64,000 bases of DNA. It comes from Malacoraja senta. Lineage: Eukaryota. Below the pieces are notes generated by a model. It was not told where the DNA came from and did not search any database. It was given only the letters and a program-made list of their open reading frames with translations. Made by a program: the position numbers and the translations under genes. Shown here one piece after another: positions 1-12,527 of this stretch. Where the stretch lies: positions 1,984,001-2,048,000 of the forward strand of contig CM075991.1 of the NCBI GenBank assembly GCA_038087875.1, in the 5' to 3' direction. The stretch's first letter is position 1, and each line of letters begins with the position of its first letter.

Positions 1-874
1 ATTGCTAGGGGGATTGAGTATAAAAACACAGAGGTCTTGCTGCAGCTGTACACAGTATTAGTGCGACCACATTTGGAATACTGTGTACAGTTCTGGGGTC
101 CATACTTAAGAAAGGATGTACTGGCCCTGGAGGCAGTGCAGCGAAGGTTTACAAGATTAATTCCTGCAATGAGGGGATTGACATATGAGGAAAGGTTAAG
201 TAGGCTGGAACTCTACTCTTTGGAGTTTAGAAGAATGAGAGGCGATCTCATTGAAACATATAAGATCGTGAGGGGCCTTGATCGGGTGGATGCACCGAGG
301 ATGTTCCCAATGATCGGGGAAACTAGAACTAGGGGACATAGTTGTAGAATAAGAGGGGGCTCTTTTAAAACTGAGATGAGGAAGAACTTCTTCACCCAGA
401 GGGTGGTTAATTTATGGAATTCACTGCCCCAGGGAGCAGTGGAAGCAGAAACATTAAATATATTTAAGTCTAAAATAGATGGTTTTTTAGCTGCCAAGGG
501 GATAAGGGGCTACGGGGAGAGGGCAGGGATATGGACCTAGGTATGGTTAGTATAGTAAGACCTGAGTGATCTCCTGGACAAGTGTCGATCGCCTGGATTG
601 GGGTCGGAGAGGAATTTCCCGGATTTTTTTCCCGAATTGGACCTGGGTTTTTATCCGGTTTTTTGCCTCCCCCAGGAGATCACGCGGTTCTTGGGGTGGA
701 GAGGGGTGATAGCGATATAAAGGGGAGGGTAGTGTCTTGTGTTCTGTGTCTTGTGTCTACTGTTTGTGGGTAAGGGTGTCTGTTTAGTGTTCAGCCATGA
801 GCGAATGGCGGTGCGGGCTCGATGGACCTGGTGGTCTACTCTCGCACCTACTTTCTATGTTTCTATGTTTCTAT
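1..874 (+). mobile_element. CR1-clade (HER1-like) LINE 3' portion with long 3' UTR
   Basis: ORF 37-540 is a CR1 ORF2 C-terminus ([24 protein letters not shown]); terminal hairpin and (TTTCTATG)n tail. Confidence 0.9.
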
Positions 875-1458
875 GCGTCAGTTTGGCCACATGGCCTCCA
901 GCATGTTTGCTGCCTTAGAATTTGCTTGCTTTTTATGTTAGGCGTAATAAAGAAACGAATCAAAAATTTCCAATTAAATTCTCTCCATTTTTGTGAAATA
1001 GTGGTCTGTAGTACTACCCACATATGATGCCATTCTTCTACTGAGATTGTGATGTTCAATTCCTTTTCCCACTTAAATTTGACATCAAATGTAGTTTGAG
1101 CTTGACATTCCATTCAACTATGCTAAAGTTTAGAAATAATCCTTCATGTTTTTTGATGATAAGCATTAACTATCACTTCTATCACTGGATTTTTTTCTTC
1201 TAGTGCCTCACTTTTTTTACTTTTTTATTGTAATAATTTCTCAGTTGGAGGTATCTAAACAAGTTTTGCTTCCGAAGGGCAAATCTATCCTTCAAATCTT
1301 GAAAACTTCTTAGGTCTCCATTTTCAATAACAGTACAAAATGCAGTCATTCCTTTCTTCATCCACTCTTTAAATGTTGAGTCGTACATCCCTGGTTTAAA
1401 TTCATTATCCAAAGCTATCCATCTTAAAACTTTTTGTCGTTTATTCAGTTTAAGTTGT

Positions 1459-4163
1459 TGTAGATGAGATATGCATGTGCCTTTAACATAGTGACCTCAT
1501 ACCTACTAACCACTCCCCATATCACAAGTATATCTACAACCTCCCCACCCACAGATCGCTCTCCCGGATGTATTTGGCCATATCCGGCCAATAGAACTGG
1601 CTCCTGGCGAGAGACACGGTGGCTTCGGCCCCAGGGTGACCGCGGTGTGCGACTTGAAAATAGTGGTCGTGCAGCGCCGCGGGCAAGACCACTTTGTGAC
1701 CCTTCACCACCACGCCGTCATGCAGTACGAGCTCATCCCGAATCAGGAAGTAGGGCACGGCACCAGCCGGCAGTGCCGAACGACGGTCAGGCCAGCCCTG
1801 CCGGATGACGGCAGACAGCTGTTGCAGGGCAGGGTCATTGGTAGTGTGTTCAACCAGGGACTTCATCTGCTGCGAGGGGACGATGTTCAATCGTAGCACC
1901 AATAACTCAGACATTTCATATTGGTGGCGAGCGGTGGACGTCAGCGGGGCGCGAGACAACGTGTCGGCCACGAACATGTCCTTGCCCTTACGATAAACCA
2001 CCGTGAACGTGAAGCGCTGGAGCTGCAGCATCATGCGCTGCAGGCGTGATGAGGCCACATGGATCGATTTGTTGAGGATAGTGACAAGTGGCTGATGGTC
2101 AGTTTCGACGGTGAAAGTGTTGCCCATGATGTAGTCCCGGAATTTGGAGCAGGCAAACACCACGGCCAGTAGCTCCTTCTCAATCTGCGCGTAGTGCTGT
2201 TCGGTGGCGGTCATGGTGCGGGACGCGAAGGAGACAGGCAGCTGCAGGCCGTCATGGACCTGGAGACAGGCGGCACCGAGTCCGAACTGAGAGGCGTCGC
2301 AGGTGAGGACAATGGGACGCTGCAGGTCAAAGAACTTGAGCGTGGGGGTGCTGATCAGCTTAGACTTAAGAATGTCAAATGCCTTCTGATGGTTGGGTAA
2401 CCAAAGCCAGGAGGTGTCCTTTTTGATCAGATCCCTCAGGGGAGCGCTGAGCTCGCTGAGGTCGGGGATGAACTTCCCCAGGTAGTTTACCAAGCCGAGG
2501 AAGCGTTGCAGGCCTGCCACATTGTAGGAGGGGGCATCCCTGAGATGGCAGCCGTTTTCTGCGGGTCTGGCTTTAATCCCTCAGCGGTGAATACATGTCC
2601 AACATAGGTGACCTCCGAGACGCGGAATCGGCACTTCTTGGGGTTCAGTTTCAAGTTGATTTGCCGGGCCCGGTCCAGGACCAGGCGGAGGTTGACATCG
2701 TGTTCGGCAACGTCCTTACCTCGTGTTCCACCTGCAACAGCCTCGTGTTCCACCTGCAACAGCCTCGCCCCCCATCAGCAGCGTCAGCCGCTTCTACAGC
2801 AGCCCGCGCCCGAACTGCCCTGGATGGCGCTTGCCGCTGACATTTTCGAGTGGCGGGGCAAACATTTCCTGGTTCTCGTTGACTCCTACTCCAGCTGGTT
2901 TGTGGTCGACCGGCTGCATTCCGTGACCTATTCGGCCGTCATCGACAGGTTGTACCCTCATTTTGGCACTTTTGGTCCCCCGGCAAGCCTGCAGTCGGAC
3001 AATGGCAGCCAGTTCACGAGCTCCGAGTTTAAAGCGTTCGCTTCCAGATGGAACTTCCGCCATTTCACCAGCAGCCCGGAGTACCCGCAAAGCAACGGTT
3101 TGGCCGAGCGCGCAGTCCGCAGTGCTAAGCACCTGTTGGAACAGTGTGGTGGCATTAACTCCGACTTCCATCTGGCCCTCCTCAACCTTCGGAACATTTC
3201 CCGCGACTCTGCCATGGGTTCACCTGCTCAGCGGCTCATGTCTCGCGCTACCAGACTCCCGCTCCCTGTGGCCCAGCGCTCCCTCATACCCTCCATCCTC
3301 CCACCTGCTGCGGTTCAGAAACGCATTGCCTTCAGGCACGACGTCCAGCAGCGTTCCCATGACAGGTCCTGCCACCCGCTGCCGCGCCTCTTCCCCAGTC
3401 AAGTTGTCCGTATGCAGACCGCTCCCGGTCACTCCAAGCTCGCTACTGTCGTCGGCTCTGCGGGGTCGCCCAGGTCCTATTTCGTCGACCACGCTGGAGC
3501 CATTTACCGACGGTCCCGCCAGCACCTTCGGCTCGTCAACGAGCCGCGTCCTCCTGCCGCGGATCCCTTTGCTCCCCCACTGCCTGTTTCGCATCAGGGC
3601 GTTGCTCTGCCCGTCCTTCCTGACATGCAACGTTCTGCTCCTCCTCCGCCCCTTCCGTTCCATCCCACTCCGACTAGTCCTCGCTCGACTGCCCGCGCTC
3701 TTCCCGGTCCCGACCTCGCATCCCCTCCGGGTTCGGTGCCGCGGTCTCTTCCGTCTCCTCCCGTTTCTCCCTTTCAGGTTCGTCTTTCCCCGCCGGTGCC
3801 TCATCCTCCTGCAGGAAGGGTGGATGGCGAGACGCGAACCGGGCGGGACGTCTTGTCAAACCGCCTGACCGCTATGGCGATTTTGTTTAACTATCCTAGC
3901 GCATGAGCCGTGGTCGCCATGTCACCATTGTATTTGCCTGTCGTTTCGAAGAGGAAAGATGTAGATGAGATATGCATGTGCCTTTAAAATAGTGACCTCA
4001 TACCTACTAACCACTCCCCATATCACAAGTATATCTACAACCTCCCCACCCACAGATCGCTCTCTAGTTCCTGTGACAGACCACGTACAGCTAGTGCTAT
4101 GTGTAATGCTCCAGTATGAATAAAGATAGTAAAGTAACGACGCCTCGTTATGAATCCTTTACA
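1459..4163 (+). mobile_element. Gypsy LTR retrotransposon, internally deleted and inverted
   Basis: TG...CA 3' LTR at 3960-4163 preceded by a polypurine tract; 5' LTR remnant 1459-1564; 5-bp TSD GTTGT at 1454-1458 and 4164-4168. RT/RNase H on the - strand (LTCDASQFGLGA, YAQIEKELLAV, TDHQPL) and integrase on the + strand (VDSYS, SDNGSQF, QSNGLAER). Confidence 0.95.
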
Positions 4164-4737
4164 GTTGTCTGGTGAGAGTGAACCAGGTTTCTAAAGTAAA
4201 TATCATTAATGGATCGATTATACTCCTGATATGTCCAGGAAGTGCTTTTTCTCCCAAGAGTGTTTGGATGTGGAAGTCAGGGATATATGTCTCAATCTCT
4301 TTCCACCTAGCTATATAGCTGTCTTCACACCAATTAATTAGTGGTCGAAGTTGGGCTGCATAGAAATATATCCTAAAATTTGGAAGTGCCATTCCACCTT
4401 TGTCCTTTGGCAACTGGAGTGTAGTGTATCGAATTCTGCCCTTCTTTCCTCCCCAAATGAATCTAGATATTAATTTATCCCATTCCGTGAATTGTTTTAA
4501 TGGTATCTCTATTGGCAGAGATTGAAACAAGTACAATAGCCTTGGCAAAATATTCATTTTCACCACATTTATCTTACTACTAAAATCCATTGGGTAGGTG
4601 GACCATCTTTCTATATCCTTTCTTATGTTTTGGTTGATGTGATTATAATTGGCCCCATACAACATTGATATATTTTTTGTTATATGTACCGCTAGGTATT
4701 TGATTGATTTTGAATCCCATTTAATATTTATACTTCT

Positions 4738-6120
4738 AAGACTGTTCACCTTTTGAAATTGGTTCGGTTATATTTGCTCCAACAAAACTGCATAAAAAAA
4801 CCTATAAGGAAAACCCTATAATACATAGTGGAATACGAATTTGGAAACAATTAAAAAAAGCTTTAAAACTGAATAATATACCACTATGTCTTCCCATTGT
4901 AAATAATCCTTTATTCAAGCCATTGGATAAAGGTTTCACACAATGGAAAAATTATGGAATTAAAAAGATTGGACGTCTTTATAGGAAAGGCATCTTTCTT
5001 TCATTTCAAGAGTTACAACAGAATCATGGACTGCACTCAAATAATTTCTTCAGATATCTACATATTAGAGATTATGTTAAATCTAATACACAAGTTTATA
5101 GGACTAGGGAACCAGAAATTATTGATGAATGTTTGAATAAGCATCCTAACACTGAAAAATTAATAGCTTATATTTATAACACCCTCTTAAACAACGAGGT
5201 ACCACCGATGGAACTATATAGACACACATGGGAAAATGAGTTAGGTCATCCTATAACGAAAGATATTTGGGACGAAAGTTTACAACATATACATCAATGC
5301 TCGTTAAATGCCAGACATGCTTTAATACAATTTAAAGCCTTACACAGATTACATTACTCCAAAATAAAACTAAATATAATCTTCCCAAATATGTTATCCT
5401 ATCTGTGATAAATGTCTGCATCTAGAGGCCAATTTAACACATACTTTTGCAAATTGTACAAAAATTAAAAATTTCTGGACTGATATTTTTGAAATAATTT
5501 CTGAAGTTGTTAATACTAAATGGGATCCAGACTCAAAATTAATAATACTTGGGATATCAGAACAAAGTTTAACACTCACAACAAGCCAAAGAAACTTCCT
5601 CGACTACAGTATAATAACTGGGAAAAAATTAATATTAAAATTTTGGAAAAGCCCAATAACCCCCACAATTAAAATGTGGATTGTGGAAATGTCGGAGACC
5701 CTACATCTAGAAAGAATTAGACTTGGCTTAATGGACAATCAAGAACTTTTTGTTAAAATATGGGCTCCATTCATTGACTATCTGAAGGGATAGATTGGCC
5801 CAGCACGAAAACCCAACTGAAGCTTGAACTCAGGATTAGATGTAAAATTATACTTCATAACCTACGAACTTATCTCCAATGACGTATTATAAGTAATTCA
5901 TTCCACCTCTTTTTAAAAAATATTTGTAATTCTTTTTTCTTTCTATCTCTCTTTTTCTATCTATATAAAAAAAACACTAGAAGCAGAATTAATCGACAAT
6001 TGAAAATTTTAATAATGTATGATTGATGTATATGAAAAGTTTTTTTTTACTATAATATGTTACTATACTTTATAATATGTTTGCTTCTAATAAAAATATT
6101 TAAAAATATATCTATATATA
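4738..6120 (+). mobile_element. L1-clade LINE 3' fragment inserted antisense into the older L1/Tx1
   Basis: ORF2 C-terminal peptides (FFRYLHIRDY, LIQFKALHRLHYS, CDKC), an A/T-rich tail, and a probable TSD TTATACTTCT at 4728-4737 and 6121-6130. Confidence 0.8.
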
Positions 6121-7051
6121 TTATACTTCTGTTTGATTTCTTCTGGAGGAGCACAATTAAATAGGAGGGTTTGAGTTTTTGAAATATTCACTTTATATCC
6201 TGCATAAAAATTACATTTCTCTATGATCCCCATCATCCTTGGAAATGCAGTGTTTACTTCCGTGAGATACATCATTACATCATCTGCAAAAAGGCCAATT
6301 TTATGTTCTCTGTCTCTTATAGTTACTCCCTTCAGTTCCCTATCTTGACGAATCGCTTGAGCCAATGGTTCAATATATATAGCAAACAGGGTAGGGCTAA
6401 GACAACATCCGTGTCTCATTCCTCTTCCTAACACAAATCTCTCAGTTAAAGACCCATTCACCTTTACTCTTGCAGTAGGTTGCTGGTAAATTGCTTTAAT
6501 AACTTGAATTGAATCTTCGGTAAAACTAAATCTTTCTAGTGTTTGATATAAGTATTCCCAATTAACCCTATCGAAAGCCTTTTCCGCATCTAGGCTTATC
6601 AGGACAGCGCGCGTACTTTCCTTTTGAATCTTGTGTATTATATGTAGGGTTCTTCTAACACTGTTCTCTGTTTGTCTGCCTATTATAAGACCAGACTGGT
6701 CTTCATCAATTAAATCTGGCATGAACTTTTCAAATCATTTCGAGATAATTGAAGAATATAATTTATGGTCAACATTAAGAATTGATATCGGTCTGTAGTT
6801 GGTACAATGTTCCTTGTCTTTGTTCTCTTTGGGGATTAATATTATAATTGCCTCTGTCCATGCCAGGGGTGTCTTGCCTTCGTTGATAATCCAGTTAAAG
6901 GTTCTCAGAAGAAGTGGGTTCAGCTCATTCCGAAATATTTTATACCATTCTATAAGGAACCCGTTGCTGCCTGGGGCCTTGTTTGTTTTCATCCTACCAA
7001 TTGTCTTCTCTATCTCCTCCAGTGATATTTCTGCTGTGATTATTTTATTTT

Positions 7052-10000
7052 AGATACATAGAAACATAGAAATTAGGTGCAGGAGTAGGCCATTCGGCCC
7101 TTCGAGCCTGCACCGCCATTCAATATGATCATGGCTGATCATCCAACTCAGTATCCCGTACCTGCCTTCTCTCCATACCCTCTGATCCCTTTAGCCACAA
7201 GGGCCACATCTAACTCCCTCTTAAATATAGCCAATGATATGGCTTTGACTACCCTCTGTGGCAGAGAGTTCCAGAGATTCATCACTCTCTGTGTGAAAAA
7301 AGTTCTTCTCATCTCGGTTTTAAAGGATTTCCCCCTTATCCTTAAGCTGTGACCCCTTGTCCTGGACTTCCCCAACATCGGGAGCAATCTTCCTGCATCT
7401 AGCCTGTCCAACCCCTTAAGAATTTTGTAAGTTTCTATAAGATCCCCTCTCAATCTCCTAAATTCTAGAGAGTATAAACCAAGTCTATCCAGTCTTTCTT
7501 CATAAGACAGTCCTGACATCCCAGGAATCAGTCTGGTGAACCTTCTCTGCACCCCCTCTATGACAATAATGTCCTTCCTCAGATTTGGAGACCAAAACTG
7601 TACGCAATACTCCAGGTGTGATCTCACCAAGACCCTGTACAACTGCAGTAGAACCTCCCTGCACCTATACTCAAATCCTTTTGCTATGAAAGCTAACATA
7701 CCATTCGCTTTCTTCACTACCTGCTGCACCTGCATGCCTACTTTCAATGACTGGTGTACCATGACACCCAGGTCTCGCTGCATCTCCCCTTTTCCTAGTC
7801 GGCCACCATTTAGATAATAGTCTGCTTTCCTGTTTTTGCCACCAAAATGGATAACCTCACATTTATCCACATTATACTGCATCTGCCAAACATTTGCCCA
7901 CTCACCCAGCCTATCCAAGTCACCTTGCAGTCTCCTAGCATCCTCCTCACAGCTAACACTGCCCCCCAGCTTAGTGTCATCCGCAAACTTGGAGATATTG
8001 CCTTCAATTCCCTCATCCAGTTCATTAATATAAATTGTAAATAGCTGGGGTCCCAGCACTGAGCCTTGCTATACCCCACTAGTCACTGCCTGCCATTGTT
8101 GTGTCCTTGGGCGAGACACTGTCGTTGTGTCCTTGGGCAAGACACTTCACCCACCTTTGCCTGCGTGTGAATGTGTGTGAATGTGTGTGAGTGATTGGTG
8201 GTGGTCGGAGGGGCCGTAGGCGCAGATTAGCAGCCACGCTTCCGTCAGTCTGCCCCAGGGCAGCTGTGGCTACAGAAGTAGCTCACCACCACCGAGTGTG
8301 ACTGAGGAGTGAATGAATAATGGGATGTAAAGCGCCTTGAGTATTAGAAAGGCGCTATATAAATCCCATCCATTATTATTATTATTATTATTGTGAAAAG
8401 GACCCGTTTACTCCTACTCTTTGCTTCCTGTTTGCCAGCCAGTTCTCTATCCACATCAATACTGAACCCCCAATGCCATGTGCTTTAAGTTTGTATACTA
8501 ATCTCTTATGTGGGACCTTGTCGAAAGCCTTCTGGAAGTCCAGATACACCACATCCACTGGTTCTCCCCTATCCACGCTACTAGTTACATCCTCGAAAAA
8601 TTCTATAAGATTCGTCAGACATGATTTACCTTTCGTAAATCCATGCTGACTTTGTCCAATGATTTCACCACTTTCCAAATGTGCTGCTATCCCATCTTTA
8701 ATAACTGACTCTAGCAGTTTCCCCACTACCGACGTTAGACTAACTGGTCTGTAATTCCCCGTTTTCTTTCTCCCTCCCTTCTTAAAAAGTGGGGTTACGT
8801 TTACTACCCGCCAATCCTCAGGAACTACTCCAGAATCTAAAGAGTTTTGAAAGATTATTACTAATGCATCCACTATTTCTGGAGCTACTTCCTTAGGTAC
8901 TCTGGGATGCAGCCTATCTGGCACTGGGGATTTATCGGCCTTTAATCCATTCAATTTACCCAACACCACTTCCCGACTAACCTGGATTTCACCCAAATCC
9001 TCCAACTCCTTTGACCCGCGGTCCCCTGCTATTTCCGGCAGATTATTTATGTCTTCCTTAGTGAAGACGGAACCAAAGTAGTTATTCAATTGGTCCGCCA
9101 TAACCTTGTTCCCCATGATCAACTCACCTGTTTCTGACTGCAAGGGACCTACATATGTTTTAACTAATCTCTTTCTTTTTACATATCTATAAAAACTTTT
9201 GCAGTCAGTTTTTATGTTCCCTGCCAGTTTTCTTTCATAATCTATTTTTCCTTTCCTAATTAAGACCTTTGTCCTCCTCTGCTGGTCTCTGAATTTCTCC
9301 CAGTCCTCCGGTATGCTGCTTTTTCTGGCTAATTTGTACGCATCATCCTTCGCTTTGATACCATCTCTGATTTCCCTTGTTATCCACGGATGCACTACCT
9401 TCCCTGATTTATTCTTTTGCCAAACTGGGATGAACAATTTTTGTAGTTCATCCATGCAGTCTTTAAATGTCTTCCATTGCATATCCACCGTCAACCCTTT
9501 TAGAATTAATTGCCAGTCAATCTTGGCCAATTCACGTCTCATACCCTCAAAGTTACCTTTCTTTAAGTTCAGAACCATTGTTTCTGAATTAACAATGTCA
9601 CTCTCCATCCTAATGAAGAACTCAACCATATTATGGTCACTCTTGCCCAAGGGGGCACGTACAACAAGACTGCTAACTAACCCTTCCTCATTACTCAATA
9701 CCCAGTCTAAAATAGCCTGCTCTCTCGTTGGTTCCTCTACATGTTGATTTAGATAACTATCCCGCATACATTCCAAGAAATCCTCTTCCTCAGCACCCAT
9801 GCCAATTTGATTCACCCAATCTATATGTAGATTGAAGTCACCCATTATAACCGTTTTGCCTTTGTCGCACGCATTTCTAATTTCCTGTTTGATACCATCT
9901 CCAACTTCACTACTACTGTTAGGTGGCCTGTACACAACACCCACCAGCGTTTTCTGCCCCTTAGTGTTTCGCAGCTCTACCCATACCGATTCCACATCCT

Positions 10001-11229
10001 CGAAACTAATGTCCTTCCTTACCATTGCATTAATCTCCTCTCTAATCAGCAACGCTACCCCACCTCCTTTTCCTTTCTCTCTATCCCTCCTGAATATTGA
10101 ATATCCCTGGATGTTCAGCTCCCAGCCTTGGTCACCCTGGAGCCATGTCTCCGTGATCCCAACTCTATCATAGTCATTAATAGCTATCTGCACATTCAAC
10201 TCATCCACCTTATTACGAATGCTCCTTGCATTGAGACACAAAGCCTTCAGGCTTGTTTTTACGACACTCTTACCCCTTATACAATTATGTTGAAAAGTGG
10301 CCCTTTTTGATTTTTGCCCTGGTTTTGTCTGCCTTCCACTTTTACTTTTCACCTTGCTACCTATTGCTTCTACCCTCATTTTACACCCCTCTGTCTCTAC
10401 GCTCACACATTTAAGAAACCCTTTCCCTTTAACTCCATCCTCCACTATCCCATTCGACACCCCACCCCCCTTATTCAGTTTAAAACCACCCGTGCAGCAG
10501 TGGCAAACCTGCCTGCCAGAATGCTGGTCCCACACCTGTTAAGATGCAATCCGTCCCTTTTGTACAGTTCCCCCTTACCCCAAAACAGATCCCAGTGATC
10601 TAAGAATCTAAATCCCTGCCCCGTGCACCAGTTCCTCAGCCACATGTTCAGGTCCCGTATCTCCCTGTTCCTGCTGTCGCCAGCACGAGGAACTGGAAGC
10701 AAACCGGAGATAACAACCCTGGAGGTCCTGCTTTTCAGCATTTTTCCGAGCTCTCTAAAGTCACGCTGCAGAATATTCATCCCCTTCTTTCCGACATCGT
10801 TTGTGCCGACATGTTCACCTTCGCCCTTGAGGATTTTCTGCACTCTGTCCGTGACATCCTGGATCCTGGCACCAGGAAGGCAGCACACCATCCTCGCATC
10901 CCGTCTGTTGCCGCAGAAACCCCTGTCCGTACCTCTCACAATGGAGTCTCCCACTACAATGGCGTTGCCTGCCTTAGGCCTTTTTGGTTTTGGCTCAACA
11001 GCCCTATTCGCATCGCAAGCCAGTCCACCGCTCAGGGTAAACACGTCTTCTGTCCCAACAGCTTTTAATCGGATGAACCTGTTCACAAGAGGTGCAACAC
11101 CCGGGGACGTTGGCATTCCATGCTTCCCTCCCTTTCTCACCGTCTCCCACCTTCTCTCTTCCAGTACCTTTGGTGTAACAATCGTACTGTAGGACTTGTC
11201 GAGGAACGACTCCGTTTTGTGTCTCTCCA
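7052..11229 (-). mobile_element. Near-full-length CR1 LINE: ORF1 SGNH/GDSL esterase domain plus ORF2 APE endonuclease and RT
   Basis: ORF1: VVGDSIVR, HVGTND, DGLHLN. ORF2: [39 protein letters not shown]. Broken by a SINE at 8100-8389 and a TAG at about 8069-8071; (TTTCTATG)n tail. Confidence 0.95.
8100..8389 (+). mobile_element. 5'-truncated CORE-type SINE with L2-type 3' tail (resembles teleost AFC-like SINEs)
   Basis: GTGTCCTTGGGCAAGACACTTCACC core, TGTAAAGCGCCTTGAG...AAAGGCGCTATATAAAT stem-loop, (ATT)n tail, ATTGT duplicated at both ends. Confidence 0.75.
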
Positions 11230-11416
11230 ATACAGGGCAGATCTATTGTACATAAAAAAAGTCCTCATTGATTCCCCATCTACTGTAGAGGTTTGTGTAT
11301 ATAATTCTTTATAATATTCCTGGAAGATATATTCTATTTCTTTTGGATCACTCTTCAATTTCTGTGTACAGGGGTCCTTAATTTTGTGTATGGTGCTGTC
11401 AGCCTGTTGTTTGCGT

Positions 11417-11509
11417 CAAAGATCCTATAGCGAGCAAGATGGTCCACTCGACGAAAAGCCCATTGCATTTAGCAGGAGTGGTCTATCTTGCTCCGCTATA
11501 GGATCTTTG
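11417..11509. mobile_element. 93-bp MITE, hAT or P superfamily
   Basis: About 33-bp TIRs starting CAAAGATCCTATAGCG; perfect 8-bp TSD GTTTGCGT (11409-11416 and 11510-11517). Removing it restores the L1 peptide RRLRK-QQADSTIHK. Confidence 0.9.
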
Positions 11510-11621
11510 GTTTGCGTAGCCTTCGAGCAAGTATTTTAGTGGATTTAGGGCCTAGCTCATAATGTGCCTGTTTTACAAATCTTGCTATTTCTTCTACCTC
11601 TTGACCCAATATTCCATCCAT

Positions 11622-12134
11622 TTGTCCCCTCAAACTACTGGCAGAGGAAATATACTGCTGACCAGTGTAGCTGAAAATGGAAATACTGCCTCGTATGGGG
11701 GTAATTGATAACAAATGCTGCAGACTCATGTGGGTGTGAGCGAAACTTGCAATCCTTGGACTAACCAGCGAACAGACTATGCCTGGGATAAGCAAAGTAC
11801 AGAACATCATTGACTTGACTGATGTACATAGATCACTGCTCCTCCGAAGATAAGATAACAGTCACTGAACCGGATGTCAACAGTTGTTTCTTGGAAATAC
11901 TCCTCGGCAGTAGTTTTTGGAAGAATAACTAAGGCATTTACTTGACTTTAATTGTATATAAGAAATTGTAAAACACTGTATCTTTGAGTGGCTGCTCGAG
12001 GAGCACTGAGTATATTGGTATACTCTCTGTACTAGTCCCCGCCACTCCCGTCATGACGAATTGAGTAAAAATTGGCATGGTTTATCTTCAACCCTTTGTG
12101 TTATTGTCTGCATTAAAAAGTGACCTTTATCACA
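11622..12134 (+). mobile_element. Possible solo LTR
   Basis: About 510 bp of non-repetitive-looking sequence bounded by TG and CA, with ATTAAA near the 3' end; no TSD found. Confidence 0.25.
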
Positions 12135-12324
12135 GAGACGTACAGGTTCGTAGGTTTATTGGCTTGGAATCGTTGTAAATTGTCCCTAATGTGTGTAGGA
12201 TAGCGTTAGTGTGCAGGTATCTCTGGTTGGTGCGGACTCGGTGGGCCGAATAGCCTGTTTCCGCGCTGTATCTCTAAACTAAACTAAACTAAACCAGTTG
12301 GTGAGGCTGCACCTGATGTATTGT

Positions 12325-12527
12325 TTAGGAAGGAACTGTAGATGCTGGTTAAACCAAAGATAGACACTAAGTGCTGAAATAACTCAGCGGGGCAGGCAGC
12401 ATCTCTGGAGAAAAGGAATGGGTGACATTTCGTTCTTAAGAAGGGTCTCGACCTGAAAAGTCACCCATTCCTTCTCTCCAGAAATGCTGCCTGTCCCGCT
12501 GAGTTATGCCAGCGCTTTGTGTCTGTC
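12325..12527. mobile_element. Fold-back (palindromic) Penelope-derived short element
   Basis: AGGAACTGCAGATGCTGG...GGGTGAC arm followed by its reverse complement around a degenerate hammerhead core. Confidence 0.6.

Larger units (their letters stand above)
875..11620 (-). mobile_element. Decayed, 5'-truncated L1/Tx1-clade LINE ORF2, split by later insertions (pieces about 875-1458, 4164-4737, 6121-7050, 11230-11620)
   Basis: Collinear minus-strand peptides: [74 protein letters not shown], and a C-terminal CWRPCG knuckle. Confidence 0.85.

Noticed and set aside
2963..3868. Long alternative-frame and antisense ORFs over the Gypsy integrase
   Set aside because: Expected in GC-rich coding DNA; no recognisable domains.
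10475..11230. GDSL/SGNH esterase ORF as a host gene
   Set aside because: Known ORF1 domain of CR1 LINEs; it directly overlaps ORF2.
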